Assembly (NCBI GenBank): GCA_028023455.1
Contig: JAQFVV010000006.1
Span: 11,842,001 to 11,906,000, forward strand
Length of the DNA stretch: 64,000 nucleotides
Reading direction: 5' to 3'
Source: Epiperipatus broadwayi
Taxonomy: Eukaryota > Animalia > Onychophora
The notes under the pieces were generated by a model. The model was not told the origin of the DNA and ran no database searches. It was given only the letters and a program-made list of their open reading frames with translations. This document shows, in pieces, positions 52,301 through 61,229 of the stretch. How positions within the stretch are numbered: position 1 is the first letter of the stretch; each line of letters begins with the position of its first letter. The position numbers and the translations under genes are program-made.

Positions 52301-52741
52301 GTTAAAAGCAGTCTTTATGATTTTTTTTTTAACTATTAAAAAAAAATAATAATAACTTTTTTTTAAAATTGCAAATGATCTTTAACTGTTTTGATAACTT
52401 TCAATATTTTTCTTTTATTATAGAATATTATAATTCCTGACAATGCAGAATTATTTGTGAATTGCCTGGAAGCAATGGTTGAAACCTGTCTGCCTGGAGA
52501 TGAAGGGGAAATGGGTGATATGTCACAATATCTGAATACTCTTAGTGTATCTTCCAATATGAATTTGTCCAGCTCAATGTCTAGCCTTAATTTGGGTAGT
52601 CCCACCGAAAAAGAAATTACTGAAAACGTATCCACCAGCAATGGTAATCGCACTCGCCATGGTTCAGCTAGCCAGGTCTGTAAGCAACACAGTATGGGCA
52701 GCCTCAAGCGAAAAAATGGCAAGACCAGCCCAGCTGAGTAG
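1220..52741 (+). CDS. NF1: Neurofibromin 3' portion, spliced: join(1220..1360,4544..4670,11215..11302,21723..21766,23543..23808,26667..26972,31875..31975,42110..42252,44777..44823,52424..52741)
   Basis: All introns are GT-AG, exon phases chain without frameshift, and the total of 1581 nt is 527 codons. The translation contains recognisable neurofibromin C-terminal motifs ([84 protein letters not shown]). Confidence 0.96.
2160..3040. repeat. CpG-containing element with degenerate internal tandem repeats (probable non-autonomous DNA transposon)
   Basis: Recurrent blocks aaatcgccgtatagccaaaaaaa, aatagtaaaagtt and ttttgatcttatt; the right end ctggtaacattg resembles a TIR. Confidence 0.45.
3116..3255 (+). 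mobile_element. tRNA-derived SINE-like sequence
   Basis: A-box-like tagtgcagtggtagaat, decayed B-box region, (attt)n tail. Confidence 0.4.
3686..3917. repeat. Diverged fold-back inverted repeat
   Basis: ggccactcattcttaaa versus tttaagaatgagtggcc, plus outer matches (agtaggc..ctccac versus gtggac..gcctact). Confidence 0.6.
4544..4670 (+). CDS. NF1: NF1 coding exon (127 nt): [42 protein letters not shown](G)
   Basis: Acceptor tttctgttag, donor gtaatt at 4671; phase 0 in, phase 1 out. Confidence 0.96.
4912..5100 (+). mobile_element. 5'-truncated copy of hammerhead family 2 with inverted 3' piece and 14-bp TSD
   Basis: Perfect 21-bp inverted pair taaatataggggatttgaaca / tgttcaaatcccctatattta. 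Direct repeat ttagcagtatttaa at 4912-4925 and 5087-5100. The body matches the 20545-20720 and 63300-63455 copies. Confidence 0.75.
6800..8245 (-). mobile_element. Penelope-like retroelement, 5'-truncated (RT plus C-terminal GIY-YIG endonuclease; ORF 7090..8190)
   Basis: RT motifs [42 protein letters not shown] and [11 protein letters not shown]...PFLDV; GIY-YIG signature [16 protein letters not shown]...EH. Short internal deletions suggest it is inactive. Confidence 0.93.
8380..9050 (+). mobile_element. Second, older Penelope-like element fragment (thumb/linker plus GIY-YIG)
   Basis: ORF 8559..8873 has WISIPFI and [28 protein letters not shown] (VY..C..C..YIG..R..E); the flanks are frameshifted. 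Confidence 0.8.
9295..9610. repeat. Fold-back inverted repeat; related single copy at about 32890-33010
   Basis: ctaattgacaattcctgagactaaacaagttttcttattaat versus attaatgagaaaacttgtttagccttaaggattgtcaattag, plus outer matches. Confidence 0.75.
9960..10848 (+). mobile_element. Mariner transposon relic
   Basis: N-terminal AY...[11 protein letters not shown]; catalytic-region HHDNSPAH and [14 protein letters not shown] (YSPDLAP-like) motifs with stops; decayed TA-flanked ends. Confidence 0.85.
11215..11302 (+). CDS. NF1: NF1 coding exon (88 nt): (G)[28 protein letters not shown](R)
   Basis: Acceptor ctattttag, donor gtcagt at 11303; matches the NF1 G(Y/F)RHP...RT.R motif. Not in the ORF track. 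Confidence 0.94.
12705..13315. mobile_element. Young fold-back insertion: ~265-bp near-identical inverted arms, 41-nt one-sided extension, 14-bp TSD
   Basis: Arms at about 12715-12980 and 12995-13260; TSD tataatgttttaaa at 12705-12718 and 13302-13315. Confidence 0.9.
13678..13736 (-). ncRNA. Type-I hammerhead ribozyme motif, family 1 (mirror copy)
   Basis: Exact reverse complement of 13888-13946. Confidence 0.82.
13888..13946 (+). ncRNA. Type-I minimal hammerhead ribozyme motif, family 1; predicted cleavage after GUC at 13932
   Basis: AUCCAA-ggc-UCCUCA CUGAUGA a-GGC-cacaa-GCC-a GAAA C-ua-GUC UGGGGA-ua-UUGGAU. Core, helix II, palindromic helix III (ACUAGU) and a two-part helix I all pair. 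Confidence 0.85.
15470..16260 (-). mobile_element. Degraded RTE-like LINE fragment
   Basis: Patchy similarity to the endonuclease/linker region of the 35793-38470 element. Confidence 0.4.
16850..18760 (-). mobile_element. Heavily decayed non-LTR retrotransposon fragment
   Basis: Broken RT N-terminal-like traces on the minus strand (YRYI...KIFEKI-like); no intact ORF. Confidence 0.3.
19790..20440 (-). mobile_element. RTE-clade LINE 3' fragment
   Basis: Shares gtccatctattatcatctcttctagc and aagtctcagatccataagta with the 35793-38470 copy. Confidence 0.8.
20545..20720 (-). mobile_element. Short repeat, hammerhead family 2
   Basis: Homologous to 4968-5086 and 63300-63455; carries a hammerhead at 20658-20704. 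Confidence 0.8.
20658..20704 (-). ncRNA. Type-I hammerhead ribozyme motif, family 2; predicted cleavage after AUA (20664/20663)
   Basis: Minus strand CCAA CUGAUGA GUGCU-gguuu-AGCAC GAAA U-acag-AUA UUGG. Canonical core, perfect 5-bp helix II, 4-bp proximal helix I. Confidence 0.8.
21723..21766 (+). CDS. NF1: NF1 small coding exon (44 nt): (R)[14 protein letters not shown](A)
   Basis: Acceptor tttttttatag, donor gtttgt at 21767. It supplies the conserved DKFEV...YLAA segment and its phases (2 in, 1 out) exactly bridge the neighbouring exons. Confidence 0.93.
23543..23808 (+). CDS. NF1: NF1 coding exon (266 nt): (A)[17 protein letters not shown]...[26 protein letters not shown]
   Basis: Acceptor tttttacag, donor gtgatt at 23809; VSEEVRSRC and RQKSWD motifs. 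Confidence 0.94.
25732..26094. mobile_element. Fold-back insertion with perfect 16-bp TSD
   Basis: attaaagtaatttttg at 25732-25747 and 26079-26094; arms at about 25797-25900 and 25977-26078; left-only extension of about 50 nt. Confidence 0.85.
26667..26972 (+). CDS. NF1: NF1 coding exon (306 nt): [16 protein letters not shown]...LFKTQRS...[24 protein letters not shown]
   Basis: Acceptor tttttactgtag, donor gtaaga at 26973; phase 0/0; open frame of 102 codons. Confidence 0.92.
27048..27350. repeat. Diverged fold-back inverted repeat sharing motifs with the 25.7-kb element
   Basis: aatagccgagcaccagaatcctggcaa versus ttgccatgattctgg..cagctatt; shared agcatgcttag motif. Confidence 0.6.
27368..27807. 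mobile_element. Fold-back insertion of hammerhead family 1; hammerhead motif at 27643-27701 (+)
   Basis: Inverted arms at about 27448-27590 and 27648-27796; ctgatgaaagccacaagctagaaactggtc; TSD-like tgcatg(t/c)ttatt at 27368-27379 and 27796-27807. Confidence 0.85.
28263..29248. mobile_element. Inverted pair of full-length (~445 nt) monomers of a hammerhead family-1 subfamily
   Basis: Left antisense unit repeats tcaaaacattac at 28265 and 28712 (period 447); right sense unit repeats tgtatggagagttag at 28787 and 29228 (period 441). Hammerhead motif on the minus strand at about 28416-28474; decayed one on + at about 29087-29147. Confidence 0.85.
30385..30655 (-). mobile_element. RTE-clade LINE 3' end fragment
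   Basis: catcatcat tail plus gatccattgcaggatg and gtccatctattatcttctcttctagc shared with other copies. Confidence 0.8.
30982..31080 (-). mobile_element. Degraded, internally deleted family-1 copy
   Basis: gtaatcaatagac and ctagctttggccttcattagtg resemble the antisense family-1 consensus. Confidence 0.5.
31875..31975 (+). CDS. NF1: NF1 coding exon (101 nt): [33 protein letters not shown](I)
   Basis: Acceptor atatttag, donor gtaagt at 31976. Confidence 0.96.
34056..35259. mobile_element. Non-autonomous pogo/Tigger-like DNA transposon
   Basis: TA-flanked imperfect TIRs tacacctgggtctctttttacgcg / cgcgtaaaacgagaccaaggtgta. Confidence 0.7.
35793..38470 (-). mobile_element. RTE-clade LINE, nearly full ORF (AP endonuclease plus RT), frameshifted
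   Basis: APE motifs [11 protein letters not shown] and [11 protein letters not shown]; RT motifs [35 protein letters not shown] and [13 protein letters not shown]; (atg)n tail at the 3' end. Confidence 0.95.
39146..40789 (+). mobile_element. Probable solo LTR
   Basis: TGTACC...GGTACA ends flanked by ATAT on both sides; internal TATA and initiator; CpG-richer than the flanks; short internal tandem repeats. Confidence 0.45.
39708..39740 (+). promoter_or_regulatory. TATA box (TATAAATA, 39708) plus arthropod initiator TCAGT (39736-39740)
   Basis: The TATA starts 30 nt upstream of the Inr adenine (39738), which is canonical spacing. Confidence 0.5.
42110..42252 (+). CDS. NF1: NF1 coding exon (143 nt): (I)[47 protein letters not shown](S)
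   Basis: Long poly-T acceptor ending tatag, donor gtaaga at 42253. Confidence 0.95.
42400..43260 (-). mobile_element. Degraded RTE-clade LINE 3' portion
   Basis: Collinear similarity to 35900-36800 (tctcagatccata, gtccatct, cctggatc). Confidence 0.75.
43528..43916. mobile_element. Fold-back insertion of hammerhead family 1 with 15-bp TSD
   Basis: Arms at about 43543-43685 and 43702-43848; TSD tataa(c/t)ttctcttac at 43528-43542 and 43902-43916; right-only extension of about 50 nt. Confidence 0.9.
44040..44330 (-). mobile_element. RTE LINE internal fragment
   Basis: gcatgtctcacctcatcatttaaaat matches the [10 protein letters not shown]-coding region of the RTE. Confidence 0.5.
44777..44823 (+). 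CDS. NF1: NF1 coding exon (47 nt): (S)[15 protein letters not shown]
   Basis: Acceptor ttttttag, donor gtatta at 44824; highly conserved NF1 motif. Confidence 0.96.
46441..46610. mobile_element. Short family-1 hairpin: 51-bp stem (46441-46491 / 46509-46559) plus right extension
   Basis: One G-T mismatch in the stem; extension aataacaattatgtgctagtat..gatcatgtg matches the family 3' end; no hammerhead retained. Confidence 0.9.
47100..47800 (+). mobile_element. Decayed LINE RT fragment
   Basis: Broken traces resembling the NYRPISLL and GFR...ST.D motifs; no ORF. Confidence 0.3.
49000..49450 (-). mobile_element. Tc1/mariner transposase relic
   Basis: Minus strand Q(G/D)NA.PH-like and PNHSPDL motifs with stops and frameshifts. 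Confidence 0.55.
51479..51759. mobile_element. Family-1 insertion with inverted flanks around a single sense hammerhead
   Basis: Inverted outer arms (aggcaaaacacactatatatattgccacacag / ctgtgtggggcaatatatatagtgaattatgcct); TSD-like agacttc(c/a)tttta at 51479-51491 and 51747-51759. Confidence 0.8.
51605..51663 (+). ncRNA. Type-I hammerhead ribozyme motif, family 1; predicted cleavage after 51649
   Basis: atccaaggctcctca CTGACGA aggccataagcca GAAA ctagtc tggggatattggat; all helices as in the 13888 copy. Confidence 0.85.
52424..52741 (+). CDS. NF1: NF1 terminal coding exon: [27 protein letters not shown]...[30 protein letters not shown]
   Basis: Acceptor tcttttattatag, in frame with the previous exon, TAG at 52739-52741. 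Confidence 0.94.
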   Translation, partial: NIIIPDNAELFVNCLEAMVETCLPGDEGEMGDMSQYLNTLSVSSNMNLSSSMSSLNLGSPTEKEITENVSTSNGNRTRHGSASQVCKQHSMGSLKRKNGKTSPAE

Positions 52742-53542
52742 AGGCCGCCCATGCGGATTTTCCTTGCAGTTATCTATGTGAACGTGAACAATTATTCACT
52801 CCTAGAGACCACCATTGCAACAATAGAGCACAAGGTATTATTAATCTTACAACATGAGTCACCAAAAGACTTGTTCATTATCTGACCAGCAAAGCCTTGT
52901 CTTGTAGAGGACATGCACACTCCAAAATTTATTTTCAAACAGAATATAAATTATTTTTGTCTTGTTGTGTAGTAATGGCATTCTCCAATCTTCTTTGATG
53001 ATTATATTCAAAATCTGAACTTATTTCAATAATTCGGACTTCTGCAGTTAGTCCAAATATTGTGAATATATATATTTTTTTTTTTAAAAAAAAAAAGAAG
53101 TATGGTTTTCTACAAATCTTTTTAGTAGATGTTGGGATATGAATGGAAGAAAGGGCATTGTTACATTTTTTGTGCAATCAAACTTTTTATATACCAAAAT
53201 GATTACAAACATATCAACAGAAAGCCATTTAAAAAGTTAAATGAAACAAAAAAAAAAAATACCCCACTCTATTAGTAAAGACACATATATATTCACTGTT
53301 ATTGCGTAATGGGTCAGTTTTGTAAAGTTTTTTTTTTTCCTCCCTTGTATATATTTAAACTGTGTAGTTCCACCCCCATTTGTTGGGCATTTGGTGTCAG
53401 CCCAAGATAGACATCATCTCCAACTTTCTGGAGTGTGTTAGTGTATAAAGCCATCTCCTTTTAACATGTATATATGAAATTGTACAATGTTGCGTTGTTT
53501 TTACCGCCACCTGTTGACTCTGTCGAGATCTCTGAATCAAAC

Positions 53543-53548
53543 AATAAA
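53543..53548 (+). terminator. Candidate NF1 polyadenylation signal AATAAA
   Basis: AATAAA about 800 nt after the stop, followed by a U/GU-rich tract (attgaattgttattttg). Other sites are possible. Confidence 0.4.
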
Positions 53549-56186
53549 ATATTGAATTGTTATTTTGAAAAGAAATAGAGCTAGTGTCTTGACTTATTAT
53601 GGTAAGTAAATTTATAAAATATAATGGTATTATTTCAGGCGTAACATAACCAGTTACGCAATTAACACATTAAGAGAGCTACAGTTGAATAATATTAAGA
53701 TTGAAAGTATCTAAACGCCCTCTATTAGCGCATTATTGAACTAATTTCTAAGTTGTTTTGTAATAGTTGAACTATGACAACACAAAGTTTACAGGATCAT
53801 ATTTCAACTTTCACACTTTAAAATAAATTAAATGAAATATGCTTCTTATGATTAGAGATATTGGGATTTGGCATCGCAAATAAACAGGTTTGCTTAAAAT
53901 TGACCCACGAGCTTCGGTTTGCCATAAATTTATTTTGGTTATTGTATAACATCTTAAAGAGAGAGCTAATTGAAGGTGATTGAATGTTTTCATTCATAAT
54001 ATTTCAGAGTGCTCTGGTTCTAATGGATGGTAAGTCACATGATTGCATATCATACATAGAAGCATTCACGCAAATAGAGAATGTATTAATAAATTCAGCA
54101 GTAGTTATGAAAGATTATTAACTTAAAGAAAAGAAATATTTTTCCAATAATTTTTTTTTTTTTTTTAGGTTTTTAAAATATAAATTAGTAAATATTTTTA
54201 TTATTATTATTAAAAATATAGTCCCATTTTTGTGTTGCTTATCCTTATCACCATGATCGTATTTTTGGATATTGTGCTGCTAAAGAAAGTGTCACATGAG
54301 ACATAAACAAATAGTAGATTGGCTGTTTGGCATTGAATATTAAAGATGTTTGTTTTCAGAAAAAAAATAACACATAAGAGCAAATCATTCTATTTACTCT
54401 TTTGCTTTACCCCAGTATTATGGCATATTTAGCATATCTGCATGCCATATTTCTAACCATGTGTTATAGTATTTTTCCAGGAGATTTTTCTATTATGTAG
54501 TTGACTCAGTTTCTATCCCAATAGTGATTATCAAACCAGTCTCTAGCTATTTTTAACTAAAGGCTAAAATTCTTCATTGATCGTCTCATATTTTGACTAT
54601 AAAAGTACAATTTAAGGCACTCTTTACTATTGCTAGTGGAGATATCACATTCCTACATAGAATGAACCTACAATCATGCAACATACATCATGTGACCAGT
54701 TTTTTTTTAATGCCGGCCCAAAAGACGACAAGCTTGATTACTAAAAAAGTATATTTTATTTCAAATAATTAATTTAACATTTCGTACTTTGAGTAAAAAT
54801 TTTAAATAAATACAAAAAAAAAAAAAAAAGAATGGTTTTATTGCTCAGGAGTTCATAAAAATTCAAGCATTGGACACAATCCAAGGATCTTACGTTTTCA
54901 GAGTCTGACGCCACTGCAGTAAACCACTCAGGGCATCGTTTTAAGTTATTGCAATAATAAAATATATGATTGTTCTATAATGTCATTGAACCTTTCATTG
55001 TACAACTAAAATAAATTTGTGTTACAGTGTGTGGAATATTAAGCTTTAAAAAAATATGTAGATATCTAAAATAATTTGGTCTGAATAAAAATTTCATATT
55101 TTCAAAATATATATAAAACACTATTTGGTGGCTCACACAAAAGGGAATACAAATATCTAGCTAATTGGTTTGATCTTCAATGAAAGAGTTAAAAAAAATG
55201 TCCGCTTTTATTAATATGATGGAACACTACCGAAATATAAATGTTGAAATTGAAAACACAAAAGTGCATCCAAATTATGTGGGTATCTTGCGAGATGTTT
55301 TTAACGCTATTGCTTAAATACCATTAATAAACAAAATTTTCTGCAGTTTAAAATTAGGTACCAATTCATGTCAACTACATTTCCGATTTGCATTGCTTTT
55401 GCATAATCCTAAAATAAAAAAGTCATCATTCTGTAATATAATAAACTCCTTGAATGATGAAATAAAAATTCCTTCTTACATTCCTTAGAAATGTTATTTT
55501 AGCAATTGCTGCATATTTAGGATGATTAGACATTTGGAATTGCACAGGATAGAACTCCAATATATGTTTCGGAAGATGAGCTTAAATTATGTGGAGTATA
55601 TTCAGACCATAAATAACTTGCAACACCACTGTATAAATACAGGCAATGAACTTAAATTTCTTCAATTTAAAATAGTTATGCATTTACCTCCACTATGTTT
55701 CGGCAGTTTGCATTGCCAAACGTCATTTACATTGTTCATGAATAATTCTAAAGAAAGAGAGTCATTAGTATTTTTGAATAGTGAAATAGAAACTTTCCTA
55801 TAGTGCAGGGATGGTCAAGATGTCATCTGCGGTCAACCGCAAGGTTTCTCAAAGGCGACTGCAGAATTTCTTTTATTTGTAAAATTTGCATCTAATTTAT
55901 TTTAATACAATTCTAAAACAATTTTCTTTTTTTTTGGACCAGCTCTAGAAAATAATTATTTATAGGTAATTTAAAATTGTAATTTAATAAATTGTAATAC
56001 TAGAGGGAGCTGAGGTAATGTAATATAGTAGTCATAGTAAAATGTCTTCCGACAGTTTATTCGTATCTTCTAGAAAAAAAATTTATCAGTTCATAAGTAT
56101 CTTCGAAAAATGCCACCAATATTTGTGAGTATTTAAAAAGCCCTTATAAAAAAAAACACTAATTCGTAAGTACATTCTAAAAAAAC

Positions 56187-56262
56187 TAGGGCTTCAAACC
56201 ATTATCTTTTTCAGTTCCGGCAAAAATAACATTTTCTTTCTGGTTTCAGGTTCGAAGCCCTG
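56187..56262. mobile_element. 76-bp hAT-type MITE
   Basis: TIRs tagggcttcaaacc / ggttcgaagccctg; 8-bp TSD aaaaaaac at 56179-56186 and 56263-56270. Confidence 0.7.
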
Positions 56263-56905
56263 AAAAAAACATAGTCACCCCTCAGGTACACTTTCACCAA
56301 AAAACTTTCCCCAATTTCCAAATGTTTGCACTCCTGCTATAGTACCTTTGAATGTTATAATAGAAAATTCATCTTACATTACATAGAAATATTATTTTAG
56401 TAACAAACATGTGCTTAGGGTGACTAGATTTTCAGGATTGTTCAGGATAGAAATATATTTTGATTTAATGTCTAGTATATGTTTTAGAAAGTGTTTCGTG
56501 TCTATATATGTTTCAGAAAGTGTGCTTAAATTATGTGGAGTATATTCAAAGATATTTAACTTGCAACATTGTCACATAACTTGAATTGCTGTAGTTTAAC
56601 ATACTTCTGCAAATGTAATGTGTACAAGTTCTTGTCAATTATTTACAAAATCTGGGATCATTTATAGAATCCACGACATATATTAGTTACTACCACAAGA
56701 CGTTGTTTCTTGAAATTAACCTAAATATGAATCAGCTGCTGAAGTAATGTTTCACATAACATATGGAGTTTCTTTTTTATTATAAGGGCCTATTACATTA
56801 CACAAATGATGATTCTGCAATAAAAGTTTTTTATTTTTGTGATCGTCTAAAACAGACTGACAGTAGGTATTTGAAATCGATCTATTAGTTGAGTAAACAT
56901 AATTA

Positions 56906-57310
56906 ATAATTAAAAGATATACTTAGCCAAAAAGACTAAGATAATTTTTAGATACAGTTGCCCTAGAGGAGCAAGGGTGGGGAATCTCCAGCTTAAAGAC
57001 CAAGACTAGTTTTCGAAAATTCTCAATCTGGCATTTATAATTGATAATTAAAAGATATACTTAGCCAAAAGGCTAAGGTAATTTTTATATACAATTGTCC
57101 TAGAGGAGCAATGATGGGAAAACTCTGGCCTAAAGACCAAATCTAGTCCTCAAAAATTCTCAATCTGGCATTTATAATTGATAATTAAAAAGATATTCTT
57201 AGCCAAAAAGTTTGAAGTAATTTTTATATGTACAATTGCTTTAGACAAGCTGGGGTGGGCAACCTCCGTCCCAAAGACCAAGTCTAGTCCTCGAAAATTT
57301 TCAAGTCAGC
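56906..57310 (+). repeat. Tandem repeat, 3 units of about 137 bp
   Basis: ataattaaaa..gatat..ttagccaaaa starts at 56906, 57044 and 57181. Confidence 0.9.
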
Positions 57311-58614
57311 CCCAGACATTTTCACAAACATACATTAAATGGACTTCTATAAAAAGTTCTATTTAAATATGCACATAGTGCAATGCAAATTTTGAATTAA
57401 GAGTTAAATAAAATAAAGATTTATTTTTTCAACTACATCCTTTTTTCTCCATTCTTTATAATACATCTTTCATTCTATCAGAGGTGCAATATTCCAACAT
57501 ATCTATATTGTGTGGTCTATTTGGCTTTGGATTTAATCTACAATGCTGAGACCATTTTGTTTGTTTTAATAATGATTTTCATACATAAAGATATTTAGCA
57601 AAAATAGAACTTGAATTTTACTTTATTTTATTATTATTATTTTACATTTAATTTTTGTTTTTACTAGAGTGGCTACACAAATAAGATAAAAAAATTGTCA
57701 TAGAAAATCGCACATTTGAAAAGAAATGGTCCAATGCATATTTTTTATTATAGAAAGTAATAATAAATCATTGTGCTTCATGTTTGAAAAGTATTTCTGT
57801 TAATAAAGAACACATTAAGAGATATTATTTATTAAAATATTCTGACTACGACAAAATTATTGAGAAATAAATAATAATAAAATGGAAAACTTGAACAGGA
57901 GCTTCATCAAATAGCTGACATGTTTTATAAAAAGTACAAACAAGTCAAAATTTCTGTGAGAGCAAGTTATTTAAAAAAAACAAAACAGAAAATTCGAAAC
58001 TATTTTTGAAGGGGAGAATATAAAAGTCTGTATCGTAGCTGCTATAGAATTAATTTGTCCAGAACTTAAAGGAATTTGAGAATATATGTCATGAAGATAA
58101 ATTCAAGGCAAATCTGAAAAATGTCATTAAATGTGGAATAGTCATTAATAATGCTGTTACTTTATTTTTAATTCATAAAATTTATTATCCTCTTTTAAAA
58201 GTGGAAATTGGCCTACCAGTTGAAAAGATTGTCCATTCTTAATGATTAGATGTAAATTAACTAAATTTTTGATCAAATATAGTAGGCTAACTTTTACATC
58301 AATAATTTTTTTTTTTTCCCCATATGTAAAAGCATTGGCCGAGAAGCTGCGCTGACCTCTCGGCTACCAATGCTTGACTATGTCAATAATTTTGTGTGGT
58401 CCACAAATGAAATTATACATATCCATATGATCCTGCCCTAGAGAATTATAATGATTAACAATTTGATATATTCCATTTGATATAGGAGCTTAAGAGTTGC
58501 AAGTTATTTTAATAATTAATTACCAAAGTTGTCAATTTTATCATTAAATGAGATTCTTTTTATCTTATTTAAATGTCAGATTTGAATGAAATTAATAGGA
58601 AAATAACTGATACA

Positions 58615-60430
58615 CTTTTAAAAACTACAACAAAGATAACTAGTAGAAACAAAACTGCAGTCGATCAATAAAATTTCTACTGAGACTAGAGAATTTATGA
58701 AGAAAAGAAATATGAAGATATATAAAACAGATGCATTAATAAGGATTGAATATCTAATTGATAATGATATAAGAAAGTGTAATTGAGAATTAGCAAGGAA
58801 AGCTACAGAAGGGAATAAAAGTCTCAAGAGCATAAAACAACATTTTGGTATTGGTAGGAAACATCTGCAATAAGAAAAAAAGATGGAACTATTACTAAAA
58901 AGAGAAGACATCATGAAATGGATAGAAGAATTCTATCAAGAATTATATAGTAATGAAGAAGTACCTCTTACATCTATATTCTGAATTGGCCAGGATTTTA
59001 AATGAAGTGAGACATGCAATTAAATTTATGAAAAAGGGAAAAGTTTCAGGGAATGATGGAATTATAATCAATATATTAAAAGAAGCATTTGAAGAAATAG
59101 AAAAAATTTGACAAAGTTATATACCAATGTCTAAGTGATAAAGCTGTACCAGATAATTGGGAGAATGCAATATTAATATTTAAAAGATAAAGAAGGTATT
59201 GAAAATTACAGCCCTATCAGTCTTTTATCAGTTTTATACAAAATTTTTACTAAGATAATTACAACTTGTCTACAGAGAAAGTTGGATTTCAACCAACCAA
59301 AAGAACAATCTGGATTTAAAAATGCTTTTAGTACAGTAGATTATATCCAAATATTGAGAGAGAAGTTATAGAATGGACCAATGAATATGAGTTGCCATTA
59401 TGCCTTGGATTTGTAGATTATGAAAAGGCATTTAATTCTATAAGCATTTCTTCAGTGATTAAAGCATTGGATCATCAAGGTATAGATCCAGGATATTGTC
59501 ATATTCTAAAGAATATTTATAAAAATACAACAGCAAGAATCAGATTACATAATGATACTAGGAAGATTAACATAGAAAAGGGTATAAGAGAGAGGGACTT
59601 CAAAACCTTTTATAGCAGTGTTTCTAGAAGTATTTTGTGGTTTAAAGTGGGACACTAAAGGTGTAAAAGTAAATGATTTAAGTCATTTAGATTTTGCAGA
59701 TGGTCTAGTTTTTGCAAATAATGCTTTAGCGCTTCAGGAAAGGTTACAAGAGTTATCAGATGAAAGTAGGACCAAAGATAAATGATAAAAACCTAAAGCA
59801 TTGTTCAATGGATTTTCTCAAAAGATGAAAATAAAGATTGATTGCAATGAGTTAGAAGTTAACAGTTACAAATACCTTGATCAGATTATTACTACACATG
59901 GAAACAATGGATGAAATTAGTCATAGAATTAAACTTTGAGTGCTTTTGGTAGAAATAACTTAATATTAAAAGGAAATATGCCTATATATTTGAAAAGGGT
60001 TTTTAATAAATGTGTTTTACCAGTTTTTACTTATAGATCTGAGACTTGGACACTTAATAAAAGAAGCAATACAGATACTTCAGACTACTCAAAGAAATAT
60101 GGAAAGATGCATGTTAGGAATAACAAGAAGAGATTGAAAATGCAATACATAGGTTATGAGAACAAATAGGTGTTACTGATATTGTTGAAAGAAAAGACAA
60201 AAAGAGTTGGGCTAGACATATTGCTAAAAGATATGATAATAGATTGACAATTGAAATCTTAAACTGGATTTCAAGAAATAGTAAAAGATCCAGGAAGAGA
60301 CCACATGAGAGATGGATGAAATAAAGTGTGCAGAGGTGACATGAAGAAGAGAAGCTAGAGATTGCTGAAGATGGATTGAACTTGGAGAGACCATCCTACA
60401 GTGGATTGATAATGATTGATGATGATGAAT
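58615..60430 (+). mobile_element. RTE-clade LINE, 5'-truncated and degraded
   Basis: [16 protein letters not shown] and [15 protein letters not shown] motifs; collinear with 35793-37700; gatgatgatga tail. Confidence 0.93.
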
Positions 60431-60755
60431 TGTTCATAACATTGAAGCTGTTGTAAAATTCTAAATATCAGCATATGGAGTGATTTAAAAATCAACTTAT
60501 TTTGCCTTTATCAAATTCACTGACATTTTGTTGTAATGAAATGAAATATCAAATGGAGTTCTAGTTGGTATTCTAATAATGCCTTTAAATTTTAATGATA
60601 TTATAGTTACATTCTAAAATCGATGTCTATTGATTAAAGATTTCACAACAGGAAAGAAAAGTGTTCTAGTTATTTTAGATGTAAGACTACATTTAATTAC
60701 ATGAATAAAAATGATTACTAAATAGAAAATATTTCCAAAATAAGGATCATAGCTA

Positions 60756-60970
60756 ATAAACAAGGCAAAATTCTCCATACAGTAATGCCACCCTGTGCCA
60801 ACCAGAGTAATCAATGGATGCCAGAAGGTTTGTGCATAAAATCCCTATCTAGTGCTTACTCAGCCTTCTGACATCCATTGATTACTCTGGTTGGCACAGG
60901 GTGGCATTATTGTATGGAGAGATTTGCCTTGTTTAATAACAATTATGTGCTAGTATGAGATTGTGATCAT
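60756..60970. mobile_element. Family-1 hairpin (arms about 60758-60829 / 60864-60934) plus right extension
   Basis: About 70-bp near-perfect stem; the spacer and extension match the family-1 consensus. Confidence 0.9.
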
Positions 60971-61167
60971 TGCAGTAAGCTGAGAAATATATGTGATAAC
61001 TTTATATATATTTACACACAAATCACATAAAATTATTAATCTATAATCCATTGTCAAGGCAACTTATACAAGTAAAAGGGGGATTCTTCCTTTCATTCTG
61101 GTTTAAGATTTCAATATAGGAAAAAAAAGCTGATATTTGGACTATAATGGTGAAATTTTTATATTCG

Positions 61168-61229
61168 TAGTGGTTAGCATAGCTGCCTTCCAAGCAGCTG
61201 GCCTGGGTTCGCTTTTCTCAGTCAACGCA
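61168..61229 (+). pseudogene. 5'-truncated tRNA-Gly(TCC)-like pseudogene
   Basis: tagtggttagcatagctgccttccaagcag...gggttcg...caacgca matches the eukaryotic tRNA-Gly-TCC D, anticodon and T arms; the 5' acceptor strand is missing. Confidence 0.75.

Larger units (their letters stand above)
55806..58440 (+). mobile_element. hAT (Charlie/GTF2IRD2-like) transposon relic
   Basis: Broken transposase N-terminus at about 57670-58100 (ENRTFEKKW...YF, RASY, GE.IK.C...A.E.ICP); cagggatggtcaa left end and decayed right end. Confidence 0.6.

Noticed and set aside
52363-52752. 129-aa minus-strand ORF; also 23597..23806 and 26837..27061
   Set aside because: Antisense shadows of NF1 coding exons.
53346-53474. 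Two TGTATATA Pumilio-type elements in the NF1 3' UTR
   Set aside because: Expected by chance in such TA-rich sequence; conservation data would be needed.
56906-57310. Regular repeats considered as CRISPR-like
   Set aside because: Eukaryotic context, whole units are homologous with no unique spacers, and no cas genes.
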